A stretch of 20,000 nt of DNA from Malacoraja senta (Eukaryota): positions 107,626 through 127,625 of the forward strand of contig JAXLNO010000253.1 of assembly GCA_038087875.1 (NCBI GenBank), in the 5' to 3' direction. A model generated the notes under the pieces. It saw only the letters and a program-made list of their open reading frames with translations. It had not been told where the DNA came from and made no database searches. Position 1 is the stretch's first letter, and each line of letters opens with the position of its first letter. Positions 1-8,838 of this stretch are shown in pieces. The translations under genes and the position numbers were made by a program.

Positions 1-684
1 GGGTGAAAAAGTTTTTTCTCACCTCAGTCTTAAATGACCTCCCCTTTATTCTAAGACTGGCCCCTGGTTCTGGACTCGCCCAACATTGGGAACATTTTTC
101 CTGCATCTAGCTTGTCCAGTCCTTTTATAATTTTATATGTTTCCATAAGATCCCCCCTCATCCTTCTAAACTCCAGTGAATACAAGTCTAGTCTTTTCAA
201 TCTTTCCTCATATGACAGTCCGGCCATCCCAGGGATCAATCTCGTGAACCTACGCTGCACTGCCTCAATCACAAGGATGTCCTTCCTCAAATTAGGAGAC
301 CAAAACTGTACACAATACTCCAGATGTGGTCTCACCAGAGCCCTATACAACTGCAGAAGAACCTCTTTACTCCTATACTGAAATCCTCTTGTTATGAAGG
401 CCAACATTCCATTTGCTTTCTTCATTGCCTGCTGTACCTGCACGCCAACTTTCAGTGACCGGTGTACAAGGATACCCAGGTCTCGCTCTACCTCCCCCTT
501 ACCTAACCTAACCCCATTGAGATAATAATCTGCCCCCTTATTTTTGCCACCAAAGTGGATAACCTCACATTTATCTAGTATACTGCATCTGCCACACATC
601 TGCCCAACCTATCCAGGTCATCCTGCAACCACCTAACATCCTCTTCACAGTTCACACTGCCACCCAGCTTTGTGTCATCCGCAA
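1..684 (-). mobile_element. CR1-clade LINE fragment (ORF2 RT C-terminal region), truncated
   Basis: ORF 51..599 carries LYRALVRPHLEYCVQFWSP...VQRRFTRLIPG...LEFRRMRGDL, typical of the CR1 ORF2 C-terminus. The ADDTKLGG motif reads on the - strand at about 660-684. Confidence 0.92.
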
Positions 685-789
685 TAGTGCAATAGAAATT
701 AAAAGTAAATGTCTAAGTAGTTAAGTTTGCTACAAAAGTACATACCTAAAATTTATTAATAACGTCTGAGGAACAGAATTGCTTCTGTC

Positions 790-1160
790 AGAGAGAGAGA
801 GAGAGAGAGAGAGTGAGAGAGAAAGTGGAAGGAGGAGAGGGGTGAGAAGCTGGAGGTGGAAAGGGGGTGAAGTGAGTAGCGGGGGTAAACAGGCAGCAAA
901 GGGAGGGCGGGAGGATTCAAGGGGGAGTGGGTTTGGTGCCGAGGGGGATGAATGGGGGGAAGGGAACTGGGGGGGGGGAGATAGAGGGGTCAAGTGGGCC
1001 AAGGAAGGGGGTAAGGAGCCAGGTGGGGATGGGTTCACATTGTTTGGGGGTGGGGAGGACGGGGGAGGGAGCAAAGGGGTGTAAGGAGCAGGAGGCGGCA
1101 GGGGAAAGGGGCAGGGAGCCACAGGGAGGAGGTCACATTGTTTGGAGGTGGGGAGGGTGT
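790..1160. repeat. (GA)n microsatellite followed by a G-rich low-complexity tract
   Basis: (GA)n at 790-821, then many G-runs of 4-12 nt with strong purine bias. The overlapping ORFs are Gly- or Pro-rich artefacts. Confidence 0.85.
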
Positions 1161-1174
1161 TGCAGTTTAGGAAG

Positions 1175-1297
1175 TCAAACCAGGGCAGGGTCTTCACTAT
1201 GAATGGCAGGGCACTGGGGGAATGTTTGGAGCCAGGGATCTAGGAGTGCAAGTATGAGTTGGGCCGAAGGGCCTCTTTCCAACTGTATTACTCTATG
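1175..1297 (+). mobile_element. Small, internally deleted CR1-like fragment with LINE 3' tail
   Basis: Ends in GTTGGGCCGAAGGGCCTCTTTCC...CTCTATGA, matching the 3' tails at 6043-6090 (-) and 10300-10355 (+). Confidence 0.6.
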
Positions 1298-1304
1298 AAT
1301 CTGT

Positions 1305-1437
1305 GACAAAGTCCTGGAGTAATTCAGCGGGTCAGGCAGCATCTGTGGAGAAGATAGACAAAGTTCTGGAGTAATTCAGCGGGTCAGGCAGCATCTGTGG
1401 AGAGAAGGAATGGGTGACATTTTGGGTCGAGACCCTT
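1305..1437 (-). mobile_element. Penelope-like terminal repeat fragment with a 52-bp internal duplication, cut by the adjacent SINE
   Basis: GACAAAGT(C/T)CTGGAGTAATTCAGCGGGTCAGGCAGCATCTGTGGAG at 1305 and 1357. The reverse complement matches the GATGCTGCCTGACCCGCTGAGTTACTCCAGCA family that follows Penelope-like coding remnants elsewhere in the window. Confidence 0.7.
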
Positions 1438-1440
1438 TGG

Positions 1441-1752
1441 TTTAGTTTAGTTTAGAGATGCAGCGCGGAAACATGTCTTTCGGCCCACGGACTCTGCGCC
1501 GACCAGCGATCACCCCGTACACTAGCACTATCCTACGCACATTAGGGACAATTTAACAAATTTGCGGAGTCCGATTAATTTACAACCCTGAACGTCTTTG
1601 AAATGTTGGAGGAAACTGGAGCACCCGGAGTGAAAACCCGCGCAGGTCAAGGGGAGAATGTGCAAACTCTGCACAGACAGCACCCATAGTCAGGATCGAG
1701 CCCGGGTCTCTGGCGGTGAGGCAACAACTATACCGCTGCGCCCCTGTGCCGC
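1441..1752 (-). mobile_element. tRNA-derived V-SINE (HE1-like)
   Basis: On the - strand: A-box-like GGCGCAGCGG, B-box-like GGCTCGATCC, V-domain-like GTTTGCACATTCTCCCC...CCGGGTGCTCCAGTTTCCTCC, LINE-derived tail GGGCCGAAAGACATGTTTCC and (CTAAA)n end. Confidence 0.88.
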
Positions 1753-1824
1753 GCAGAATTATATAATGGTTTCCTCTGCCATAAATACACCCAATATGTG
1801 CTAGTAATGTCCTGTTTGCCAGCT

Positions 1825-1853
1825 TGTTGACCCACTGTGTTCCCCTCCTGCAG
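1825..1853 (+). promoter_or_regulatory. Putative 3' splice acceptor of the zinc-finger exon
   Basis: Branch-like TGTTGAC, pyrimidine tract TGTTCCCCTCCTG and CAG|G at 1851-1854, at the transition into the GC-rich finger region. Confidence 0.55.
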
Positions 1854-1943
1854 GGTTTAGGAGCCGTTGCTGTGGACGGAGAGATGGGGACGTGAGCGGC
1901 CATTGAGGGCGGCCACGGTGCCAGTGAGCCCCCCCCCCCCAAC

Positions 1944-2031
1944 TGCTCGGTGTGCGGGCTGAGCTACGAGGGGCTGAGATTCGATGGGGGACCACATGAC
2001 GGGGCACAACAAGGAGAAGCATTATGAGTGA
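1944..2031 (+). pseudogene. Frameshifted N-terminal C2H2 finger remnant
   Basis: CSVCGLSYEGLR (from 1944), then one extra base, then MGDHMTGHNKEKHYE-stop (1984-2031). Adding TG at about 2029 restores YECDVCGK in frame with the main ORF. Confidence 0.7.
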
Positions 2032-3292
2032 CGTGTGTGGCAAGGCCTGGCGGTGCCCGAGCGAGCTGGAGATCCACCAGCGGTTGCACACGGGAAAACG
2101 CCCCTTCGACTGCTTGGAGTGCGACAAGAGCTTCAAGATGGCGAAACAGCTGAAGATGCACCAGCGGGTTCACACTGGCGAGAAGCCCTATTGCTGCGGC
2201 ACCTGCGGCAAGAACTTTGCCCAGTTGTCGGGGCTGAGGAACCACCGGCGGGTGCACAGCAGTGAGCGGCCCTTCACCTGCTCCGACTGCGGCAAAGGCT
2301 TCAAGTCGTCACTGGAACTGAAGGTACACAGGCGTGTGCACACCGCGGAGCGGCCCTACACCTGCGTCCAGTGCGGGAAGGGTTTCTCCTTCTCCGGCAA
2401 CCTGCGGAGGCACCAGCGCACCCACACCGGCGAGCGCCCCTTCACCTGCGCCCAGTGTGGCAAGGGTTTCGCCTTCTCCGGCAACCTGCTGAGGCACCAG
2501 CGCACCCACACCGGCGAGCGTCCCTACACCTGCAGCTACTGCGGCAAGCGCTTCACCCAGTCCAGTCACCTGTTGTCCCACCAGCGCACCCACACCTGTG
2601 AGCGCCCCTTCACCTGCGCCCAGTGTGGCAAGGGTTTCACCCAATCCAGTCACCTGCTGTCACACCAGCGCACCCACACCGGTGAGCGCCCCTTCACCTG
2701 CGCCCAGTGTGGCAAGGGTTTCACCCTCTCCGGCAACCTGCGGTCCCACCAGCGCACCCACACCGACGAGCGCCCCTACACCTGCGTCCAGTGCGGCAAG
2801 GGTTTCGCCCTCTACAGCAACCTGCTGAGGCACCAGCGCACCCACACCGGCGAGCGTCCCTACACCTGCAGCTACTGCGGCAAGGGCTTCACCCGCTCCA
2901 TAAACCTGCTGAGGCACCAGCGCACCCACACTGGCGAGCGCCCCTACATCTGCAGCTACTGCGGCAAGGGCTTCACCCTCTCCGCCACCCTGCTGAGGCA
3001 CCAGCACACCCACACCGGCGAGCGCCCCTTCACCTGCGCCCAGTGCGGCAAGGGCTTCGCCAGCTCCACCAGACTGCTGTCCCACCAGCGGGTGCACACC
3101 GGCAACCGTCCCGTTCCCTGCCCGGTGTGTGGAGAGCGCTTTACCATGGCCTCCCACGCCCTGTCTCACCATTGCGTGCACACCAGTGGCCAACCCTACG
3201 ACTGCCCGTACTGCGGTGAGGAGTTTGACAGCTCGCGGGGGTTACGGCAGCACCGGCGGACCCACGCCGGCGAGCAGCTGCTCCCACTGTGA
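2024..3292 (+). CDS. Tandem C2H2 (Kruppel-type) zinc-finger protein, 14 complete fingers plus one lacking its first Cys; possibly a pseudogene
   Basis: 422-aa ORF of 28-aa Cx2Cx12Hx3H repeats with TGERP(F/Y) linkers and GC-rich third codon positions. No KRAB, SCAN or SET exon is visible in the window. Confidence 0.88.
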   Translation: MSDVCGKAWRCPSELEIHQRLHTGKRPFDCLECDKSFKMAKQLKMHQRVHTGEKPYCCGTCGKNFAQLSGLRNHRRVHSSERPFTCSDCGKGFKSSLELKVHRRVHTAERPYTCVQCGKGFSFSGNLRRHQRTHTGERPFTCAQCGKGFAFSGNLLRHQRTHTGERPYTCSYCGKRFTQSSHLLSHQRTHTCERPFTCAQCGKGFTQSSHLLSHQRTHTGERPFTCAQCGKGFTLSGNLRSHQRTHTDERPYTCVQCGKGFALYSNLLRHQRTHTGERPYTCSYCGKGFTRSINLLRHQRTHTGERPYICSYCGKGFTLSATLLRHQHTHTGERPFTCAQCGKGFASSTRLLSHQRVHTGNRPVPCPVCGERFTMASHALSHHCVHTSGQPYDCPYCGEEFDSSRGLRQHRRTHAGEQLLPL

Positions 3293-3503
3293 CAAGAGAG
3301 CACGGGGGCTGCGGGAGCACCAGCGGCTACACACCGGAGAGAGACCTTATGTGTGCACTGAGTGTGGCAAGGGTTTCACCCACCTTGACCACCTGCTGGA
3401 GCACCGACGAGTCCACACCGGCCAGCGCCCCTTCACCTGCCTGCTCTGCAGCAAGCCCTTTGCCCGCTCCTCCAGCCTGCTGGCACACCGCCACGTGGAT
3501 AGA
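3279..3503 (+). pseudogene. Out-of-frame C-terminal C2H2 fingers (one shortened, one intact, one incomplete)
   Basis: The frame of ORF 3129..3536 reads CSHCDKRARGLREHQRLHTGERPYVCTECGKGFTHLDHLLEHRRVHTGQRPFTCLLCSKPFARSSSLLAHRHVDR, continuing the array past the main ORF stop. Confidence 0.85.
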
Positions 3504-5750
3504 TTTTTATTTTTTTATTTTTTATTTTATTTTTAAATATTTTCATTTTATTAGAAGTAAGTACAATTGTATACAATCATATTTTCATAATACCTTTTAT
3601 GTACAGCTTCTTATTTTTTAAATTTTTTGTAATAAAGAAGAAAAAGAAAAGAAAATAGAAGTAAGGAGATCATTTATAATCTTGACCATCCGCAGTCACG
3701 GATTAGCTTTTACACCTGTGTTGCACCATATGTTTCCAAAAAGACGACAAATGGAGACCAACTCGTTATGAATTGGTCAAATTTATCTATTAGGAGGAAT
3801 CGCATTTCCTCAAAATTTCCTCAACATACTTGCAATCCACATTTTGAGCGTTGGTATTGGTGTATTTTTCCAAAATTTCAATATTAATTTTTTTGCTATT
3901 ATTAAACCATAATTAAAAATTGACTTTTGAGATGAGCTCAATTTGTTCCTGTCTTCCATTACCCCAAATATAATCAATTCATTATTGGGTTCCATTTTTG
4001 TCTTAAATAATGTTGTAAATATTTCGAAAATATCACTCCAAAATCCATGAAGTTTTATACAAGAAACAAAAGAGTGTGTTATAGTTGCGTCTTGGGTTAA
4101 ACATTTATCGCAAATGGGCGATATATTTGGATAACATTTATTTAATCTTGTTTTTGAGTAATAAAATCTATGTAAAATTTTAAATTGGATTAGATTATGT
4201 CTTGCGTTAATCGAACACTTGTGAATGTATGTCAAATACTTTTCCCATGTAGCCTTCATAATTTTTATCAATAATTCCCGTTCCCACTCTTCTCTAATTA
4301 CCTCGGTCACAGGTAAATCTATATTTAAGATACTATTATATAAATATGATATTAATTTTTGTGTATCAGCTTTTATATTCATTACTTCTAGTAAATCAGG
4401 AGTTATTTTTTTATATCCCTGTATGTATGTCTTCAAAAAATTACAAATCTGAAAATATTTAAAATAATGAGTGTTTTTCAGTTTAAATTTTAATTGTAAT
4501 TGTTGAAATGATAATAAATCTCCCATTTCATACATGTCCCCGATCCTTTTAATTCCTAAACTTTCCCATTGATTATATATTTTATCCATCATAGATGGTT
4601 TAAATAAAGGATTATTCGCTATCGGTGTTAACAATGATAGGTTTCTTAATTTTAAGGATAATTTTATTTGTTTCCATATTCTTATTGTATCTTGTATAAT
4701 TGGGTTTTTCTTATATATTGTATTGTTCATTTTTTTCGGGGAGAAGAGGATTGTTCCTATATTACAAGGATAACAATCCTCTTTCTCCATTTTTATCCAT
4801 TCTGTCTGTTGAGTTGAACTATCCAACCAGTAAATTATATTCTTAATATGTATTGCCCAATAGTAATACAAACAATTAGGGAGTGAAAGTCCCCCGACAT
4901 CTTTTGGTTTACATAAGTGTTCTTTTTTAATTCTATGTGATTTATAATCCCAAACAAAATTAGTAATATTAGCGTTCAGTTTAGAAAAAAAATATTTTGG
5001 TACATATACTGGTATAGATTGAAATAGGTATAATAACTGTGGTAGGAAGCTCATTTTAATAGCATTTATTCTGCCTATCAATGATAAAGGGAGTGTTTTC
5101 CAAAATTTTATCATTATATTAAGTTTATTTATTAAGGGTATAAAATTGGCATTGAATAAAGCTTTATGTTTTCTAGTAATCTGAATACCCAAATATTTGA
5201 ATTTTTCTGTTGCTATTTTAAAGGGGAATTTCAATAAGTGTGTAGATTCTTGAGGTTTTAACGTCATGATTTCACTTTTGTTCCAGTTTATTCTATATCC
5301 AGAAAAGGACCCAAATTCCTCTATTAAATTTAATAAATTTGGTATTCTCGTTTGTGAATTTGTTATATATAACAAAATATCGTCTGCATACAATGAAATT
5401 TTATTATTTGAGTCCCTAGTATTATAACCCTGAATATTCAGATGGCTTCTTATACTTTCAGCCAGAGGTTCTATCATAAGGGCAAATAGCAGGGGTGATA
5501 AAGCACATCCCTGCCTATTACCCCTTGATAATTGAAATTTTTTAGATAACATGCTGTTAGTTAATATTCTTGCCATCGGTTTATCATATAATAATTTCAC
5601 CCATGCAATAAAATTCTCTCCCATATTAAATTTTTGTAATACTTTGTATAAATACTGCCATTCTACCTGATCAAATGCTTTCTCTGCGTCCAAAGAAATA
5701 ATTGCTAAGTCTTCTTCCTCCACTTTATGTGAGTACATTACATTAAACAG
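3504..5750 (-). mobile_element. 5'-truncated L1-clade LINE with 3' UTR, A-rich tail and target-site duplication
   Basis: AT-rich block bounded by CGCCACGTGGATAGAT at 3489-3504 and 5751-5766. A-rich tail at 3504-3534, AATAAA on the - strand at 3547-3552, and an RT-coding ORF. Confidence 0.95.
3810..5750 (-). CDS. L1-like ORF2 fragment (RT domain to C-terminal Cys-rich region), 646 open codons
   Basis: SLDAEKAFD, GNRQGCALSPLLF, LYADD, FKYLGI and the C-terminal CDKC...HSFVSC motif. The first 27 aa of ORF 3810..5831 come from flanking DNA. Confidence 0.9.
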   Translation of the reverse strand: MFNVMYSHKVEEEDLAIISLDAEKAFDQVEWQYLYKVLQKFNMGENFIAWVKLLYDKPMARILTNSMLSKKFQLSRGNRQGCALSPLLFALMIEPLAESIRSHLNIQGYNTRDSNNKISLYADDILLYITNSQTRIPNLLNLIEEFGSFSGYRINWNKSEIMTLKPQESTHLLKFPFKIATEKFKYLGIQITRKHKALFNANFIPLINKLNIMIKFWKTLPLSLIGRINAIKMSFLPQLLYLFQSIPVYVPKYFFSKLNANITNFVWDYKSHRIKKEHLCKPKDVGGLSLPNCLYYYWAIHIKNIIYWLDSSTQQTEWIKMEKEDCYPCNIGTILFSPKKMNNTIYKKNPIIQDTIRIWKQIKLSLKLRNLSLLTPIANNPLFKPSMMDKIYNQWESLGIKRIGDMYEMGDLLSFQQLQLKFKLKNTHYFKYFQICNFLKTYIQGYKKITPDLLEVMNIKADTQKLISYLYNSILNIDLPVTEVIREEWERELLIKIMKATWEKYLTYIHKCSINARHNLIQFKILHRFYYSKTRLNKCYPNISPICDKCLTQDATITHSFVSCIKLHGFWSDIFEIFTTLFKTKMEPNNELIIFGVMEDRNKLSSSQKSIFNYGLIIAKKLILKFWKNTPIPTLKMWIASMLRKF

Positions 5751-5780
5751 CGCCACGTGGATAGATAGGGGCTGTTTAGG

Positions 5781-6040
5781 TAGACACAAAATGCTGCAAG
5801 GAATGGGTAACGTTTCAGGGTCGAGACCCATCTTCAGTGTCGACCTGAAACATCACCCATTCCTTGTCTCCAGAGATGCTGCCTGTCCCGCTGAGTTACT
5901 CCAGCACTCTGAAATGTCACCTATCCATGTTCTACAGAGATGCTGCCTGACCCGCTAAGTTACTCCAGCACTCTGAATGTCACCTATCCATGTTCTCCAC
6001 AGATGCTGCTTGACCTGCTGAATTACTCCAGCACTCTGTG
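5781..6040. mobile_element. Penelope-like terminal repeats: one inverted copy plus three tandem units of about 64 bp
   Basis: - strand CTGAAGATGGGTCTCGACCCTGAAACGTTACCCATTCC at about 5800-5837, back to back with a + strand copy. GATGCTGC units start at 5875, 5939 and 6002. Confidence 0.72.
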
Positions 6041-6042
6041 TT

Positions 6043-6362
6043 AGTCATAGAGTGATACAGTGTGGAAACAGGCCCTTCGGGCCAACTTGCCCCCACCGAC
6101 TAACATGTCCCAGCTACACTAGACCCACCTGCCTGTGTTTGGTCCATATACCTCCAAACTTGTCCTATCCATGTAACTGTCTAACTGTTTCTTGGGATAG
6201 TCACAGCCTCAACTACCTCCTCTGACAGTTTGTGCCATACTCCCACCACCCTCTGTGTGAACAAGTTACCCCTCAGTTTCCTTTTAAATTTTTTCCCCTT
6301 CACCTTGAATCCATGTCCTCTGGTCCTCGATCCCCCCCACTCTGGGCAAGGGATTCTGTGCA
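6043..6362 (-). mobile_element. CR1/HER1-like LINE 3' end
   Basis: ORF 6181..6363 reads SRTRGHGFKVKGKKFKRKLRGNLFTQRVVGVWHKL. The tail on the - strand is CGAAGGGCCTGTTTCCACACTGTATCACTCTATGAC. Confidence 0.88.
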
Positions 6363-6384
6363 TCTAACTAAATTGTGTTCTATG

Positions 6385-6872
6385 CAAGATTCCAGCATCT
6401 GCAGTATCTTCTGTCTCCCTCACCTATATCCACCTATCACTTCTGAAGAAAGGTCTCAACCTGAAACATCACCAATTCCTTCTCTCTAGAGACGCTGCCT
6501 GTCCCGCTGAGTTACTCCAGCATTTTGTGTCCACCTGTCACTTGCCAGGCTTTGTCCAGCCCCCATTTCTCTTTTCCAGCTTCCTCCCCCCACCCTCTCC
6601 ACTCAGTCTGAAGAAGGGTCCTGACTCAAAACGTCGTCTGTCCTTTCCCTCTAAAGCAGTGGAGGAACTCAGTAGGTCAGGCCGCATCTGTAGAGGGAAG
6701 GGAATCTAAGGCGACCACTCCCACCTCTCCTTTCCAAATTTCTCCACCCCCCATACCAAGCAGTCTGAAGAAGGGTCCTGACCTAGAATGTTGCCTGTCC
6801 ATGCTCTCCAGACATGCAAGTTACTCCAGGAGATTATGTCTCTCTTTGTAAACCGGCATCTGCTGTTCCTTC
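6385..6872 (+). mobile_element. Cluster of three degenerate Penelope-like terminal repeats
   Basis: CTGAAGAA(A/G)GGTC motifs at 6443, 6608 and 6765, with GTTACTCCAG and GCATCTGC blocks. A short inverted piece lies at about 6655-6705. Confidence 0.7.
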
Positions 6873-8003
6873 TTTATGTATGTGAAGAGGAAAACATTAG
6901 TTAAGACCAAAGTTGGACTCTTGAAGACTGAAAAAGGTGAATTTATTATGGGGAACAAGGAAATGGCAGATGAGTTGAACATTTACTTTGGATCCGTCTT
7001 CACTAAGGAGGACACAAACAATCTTCCTGATGTACTAGTGGCCAGAGGATCTGGGGTGACGGAGGAACTGAAGGAAATCCACATTAGGCAGGAAATGGTG
7101 TTGGATACACTGATGGAACTGAAGGCTGATAAATCCCCAGGGCCTGATGGTCTGCATCCCAGAGTACTTAAGGAAGTGGCTCTAGAAATTGTGGACGCAT
7201 TGGTGATAATTTTCCAATGTTCCATAGATTCAAGATCAGTTGCTGTGGATTGGAGGGTAGCTAATGTTATCCCACTTTTTAAGAAAGGCGGGAGAGAGAA
7301 AACAGGGAATTATAGACCAATTAGCCTGACATCAGTGGTGGGGAAGATGCTGGAGTCAATTATAAAAGATGGATAGCCGCATATTTGGATAGCAGTAACA
7401 GGATCGGTCCGAGTCAGCATGGATTTACAAAGGGGAAATCATGCTTGACTAATCTTCTGGAATTTTTTGAGGATGTAACTAGGAAAATGGACAAGGGAGA
7501 GCCAGTGGATGTAGTGTACCTGGACTTTCAGAAAGCATTTGATAAGGTCCCACATGGGAGATTAGTGGGCAAATTTAGGGCAAAATTATGGTATTGGGGG
7601 TAGAGTGCTGACACGGATAGAAAATTGGTTGGCAGACAGGAAACACAGAGTAGGGATTAACGGGTCCCTTTCAGAATGGCAGGCAGTGACTAGTGGGGTG
7701 CCGCAAGGCTCGGTGCTGGGACCGCAGCTATTTACCATATGCATCAATGAAGAGATTTAAAAGTAACATTAGCAAATTTCCAGATGACTCAAAGCTGGGT
7801 GGCAGTGGGAACTGTGAGGAGGATGCTATGAGAATGCAGGGTGACTTGGACAGGTTGGAGTGGGCAGATGCATGGCAGATGCAGTTTAATTTGGATAAAT
7901 GTGAGGTAGATTATTATCTAAATGGTGTCAAGTTGGGAAATGCGGAGGTACAACGGGATTTAGGGGTCCTTGTTCCTCAGTGACTGAAAGTAAGCATGAA
8001 GGT
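6873..8003 (+). mobile_element. CR1-clade LINE ORF2 fragment (tether and RT), frameshifted
   Basis: [66 protein letters not shown] and FPDDSKL, split over several frames. Confidence 0.93.
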
Positions 8004-8089
8004 AATTGAGGGTATTGGGGGTAGAGTGCTGACATGGATAGAACATTGGTTGGCAGACAGGAAACACAGAGTAGGGATTAACGGGTCAC

Positions 8090-8320
8090 AGACTGGGAAA
8101 CATATTCTGTAAAAGGGCTGGATGGTAGGAGTTTGTAAAATGTGTGCAGGATAGTTTTTTGCAGCAATACATAGAGGTACCTACTAGAGAAGGGGCAGTG
8201 CTGGACCTCCTGTTAGGAAATGAGACAGGGCAGGTGGCAGAGGTATGTGTTGGGGAGCACCTCGGGTCCAGTGATCGCAATACCATTCGTTTCAATATAA
8301 TTATGGAGAAGGTCAGAACT
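8090..8320 (+). mobile_element. CR1-like APE endonuclease C-terminal fragment
   Basis: FLQQYIEVPTREGAVLDLLLGN...EHLGSSDRNTIRF resembles the PTR..LDL..SDH end of the CR1 endonuclease, with SDH changed to SDR. Confidence 0.85.
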
Positions 8321-8321
8321 G

Positions 8322-8645
8322 GATCTCCCGGTTCCCAACCATTTTAACTCCCCTTCCTACTCCCACACTGATGTTTCTGTCCTGGGCCTCCTCCATTGCC
8401 AGAGTGAGGTGACACGCAAACTGGAAGAACAGCACCTCATAGCTTACAGCCCAATGACATGAACATTGAATTCTCCAAATTAAGGAAACTTTCTCCTCCT
8501 AATCAAGTCCTGGAGTCTGTCCCAACCGCATCTCTTTTTTCCAGCTTTCTCCCCCGACTCCATCAGTCCAAAGAAGGGTCCAGACCCGACATGTCTCCTG
8601 TCCATTCCCCTCCAGAGTGCCGGTAGTACTCAGCAGGTCAGCCAT
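8322..8645 (+). mobile_element. Penelope-like element 3' remnant (GIY-YIG C-terminus and terminal repeat)
   Basis: Manual translation from 8322 gives DLPVPNHFNSPSYSHTDVSVLGLLHCQSEVTRKLEEQHLI, then after a small deletion SLQPNDMNIEFSKLR. A degenerate CAGTCCAAAGAAGGGTCCAGACCCGAC motif follows. Confidence 0.8.
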
Positions 8646-8699
8646 CCGTGGTGAGAACTTTGGCCCTTCCAGCCAGCACCGCCATTCAATGTGATTCCG

Positions 8700-8838
8700 C
8701 TGTGTGGATGTTTATGTTAGATTTTATTTTATGTGGCTGTGTGTCTTGTTGCTTTTTACTCAGTATGGCTGTATGGTAACTCAAATATCACTGTACCATA
8801 ATTGGTGCATGTGACAATAAATACCAACTTGAACTTGA
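8700..8838 (+). mobile_element. Non-LTR retroelement 3' tail (family uncertain, Rex1/Babar-like)
   Basis: T-rich UTR, stem-loop TCACTGTACC...GGTGCATGTGA, AATAAA and a terminal (ACTTGA)2 repeat. Confidence 0.5.

Noticed and set aside
730..1202. Pro-rich and Gly-rich ORFs
   Set aside because: They are translations of the G-rich low-complexity tract.
1680..1752. tRNA gene
   Set aside because: The A and B boxes belong to the SINE head and continue into the V-domain and LINE-like tail; no complete cloverleaf is evident.
2309..3219. Antisense and alternate-frame ORFs over the zinc-finger exon
   Set aside because: These are shadow ORFs of a GC-rich 84-bp repeat.
2024..3292. Assignment as PRDM9 or another named ZNF orthologue
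   Set aside because: No SET, KRAB or SSXRD exon is visible, and finger sequence alone does not establish orthology.
5751..5831. N-terminal 27 aa of the 673-aa ORF as part of the L1 protein
   Set aside because: They lie outside the element, in the target duplication and Penelope-like flank, so this is chance read-through.
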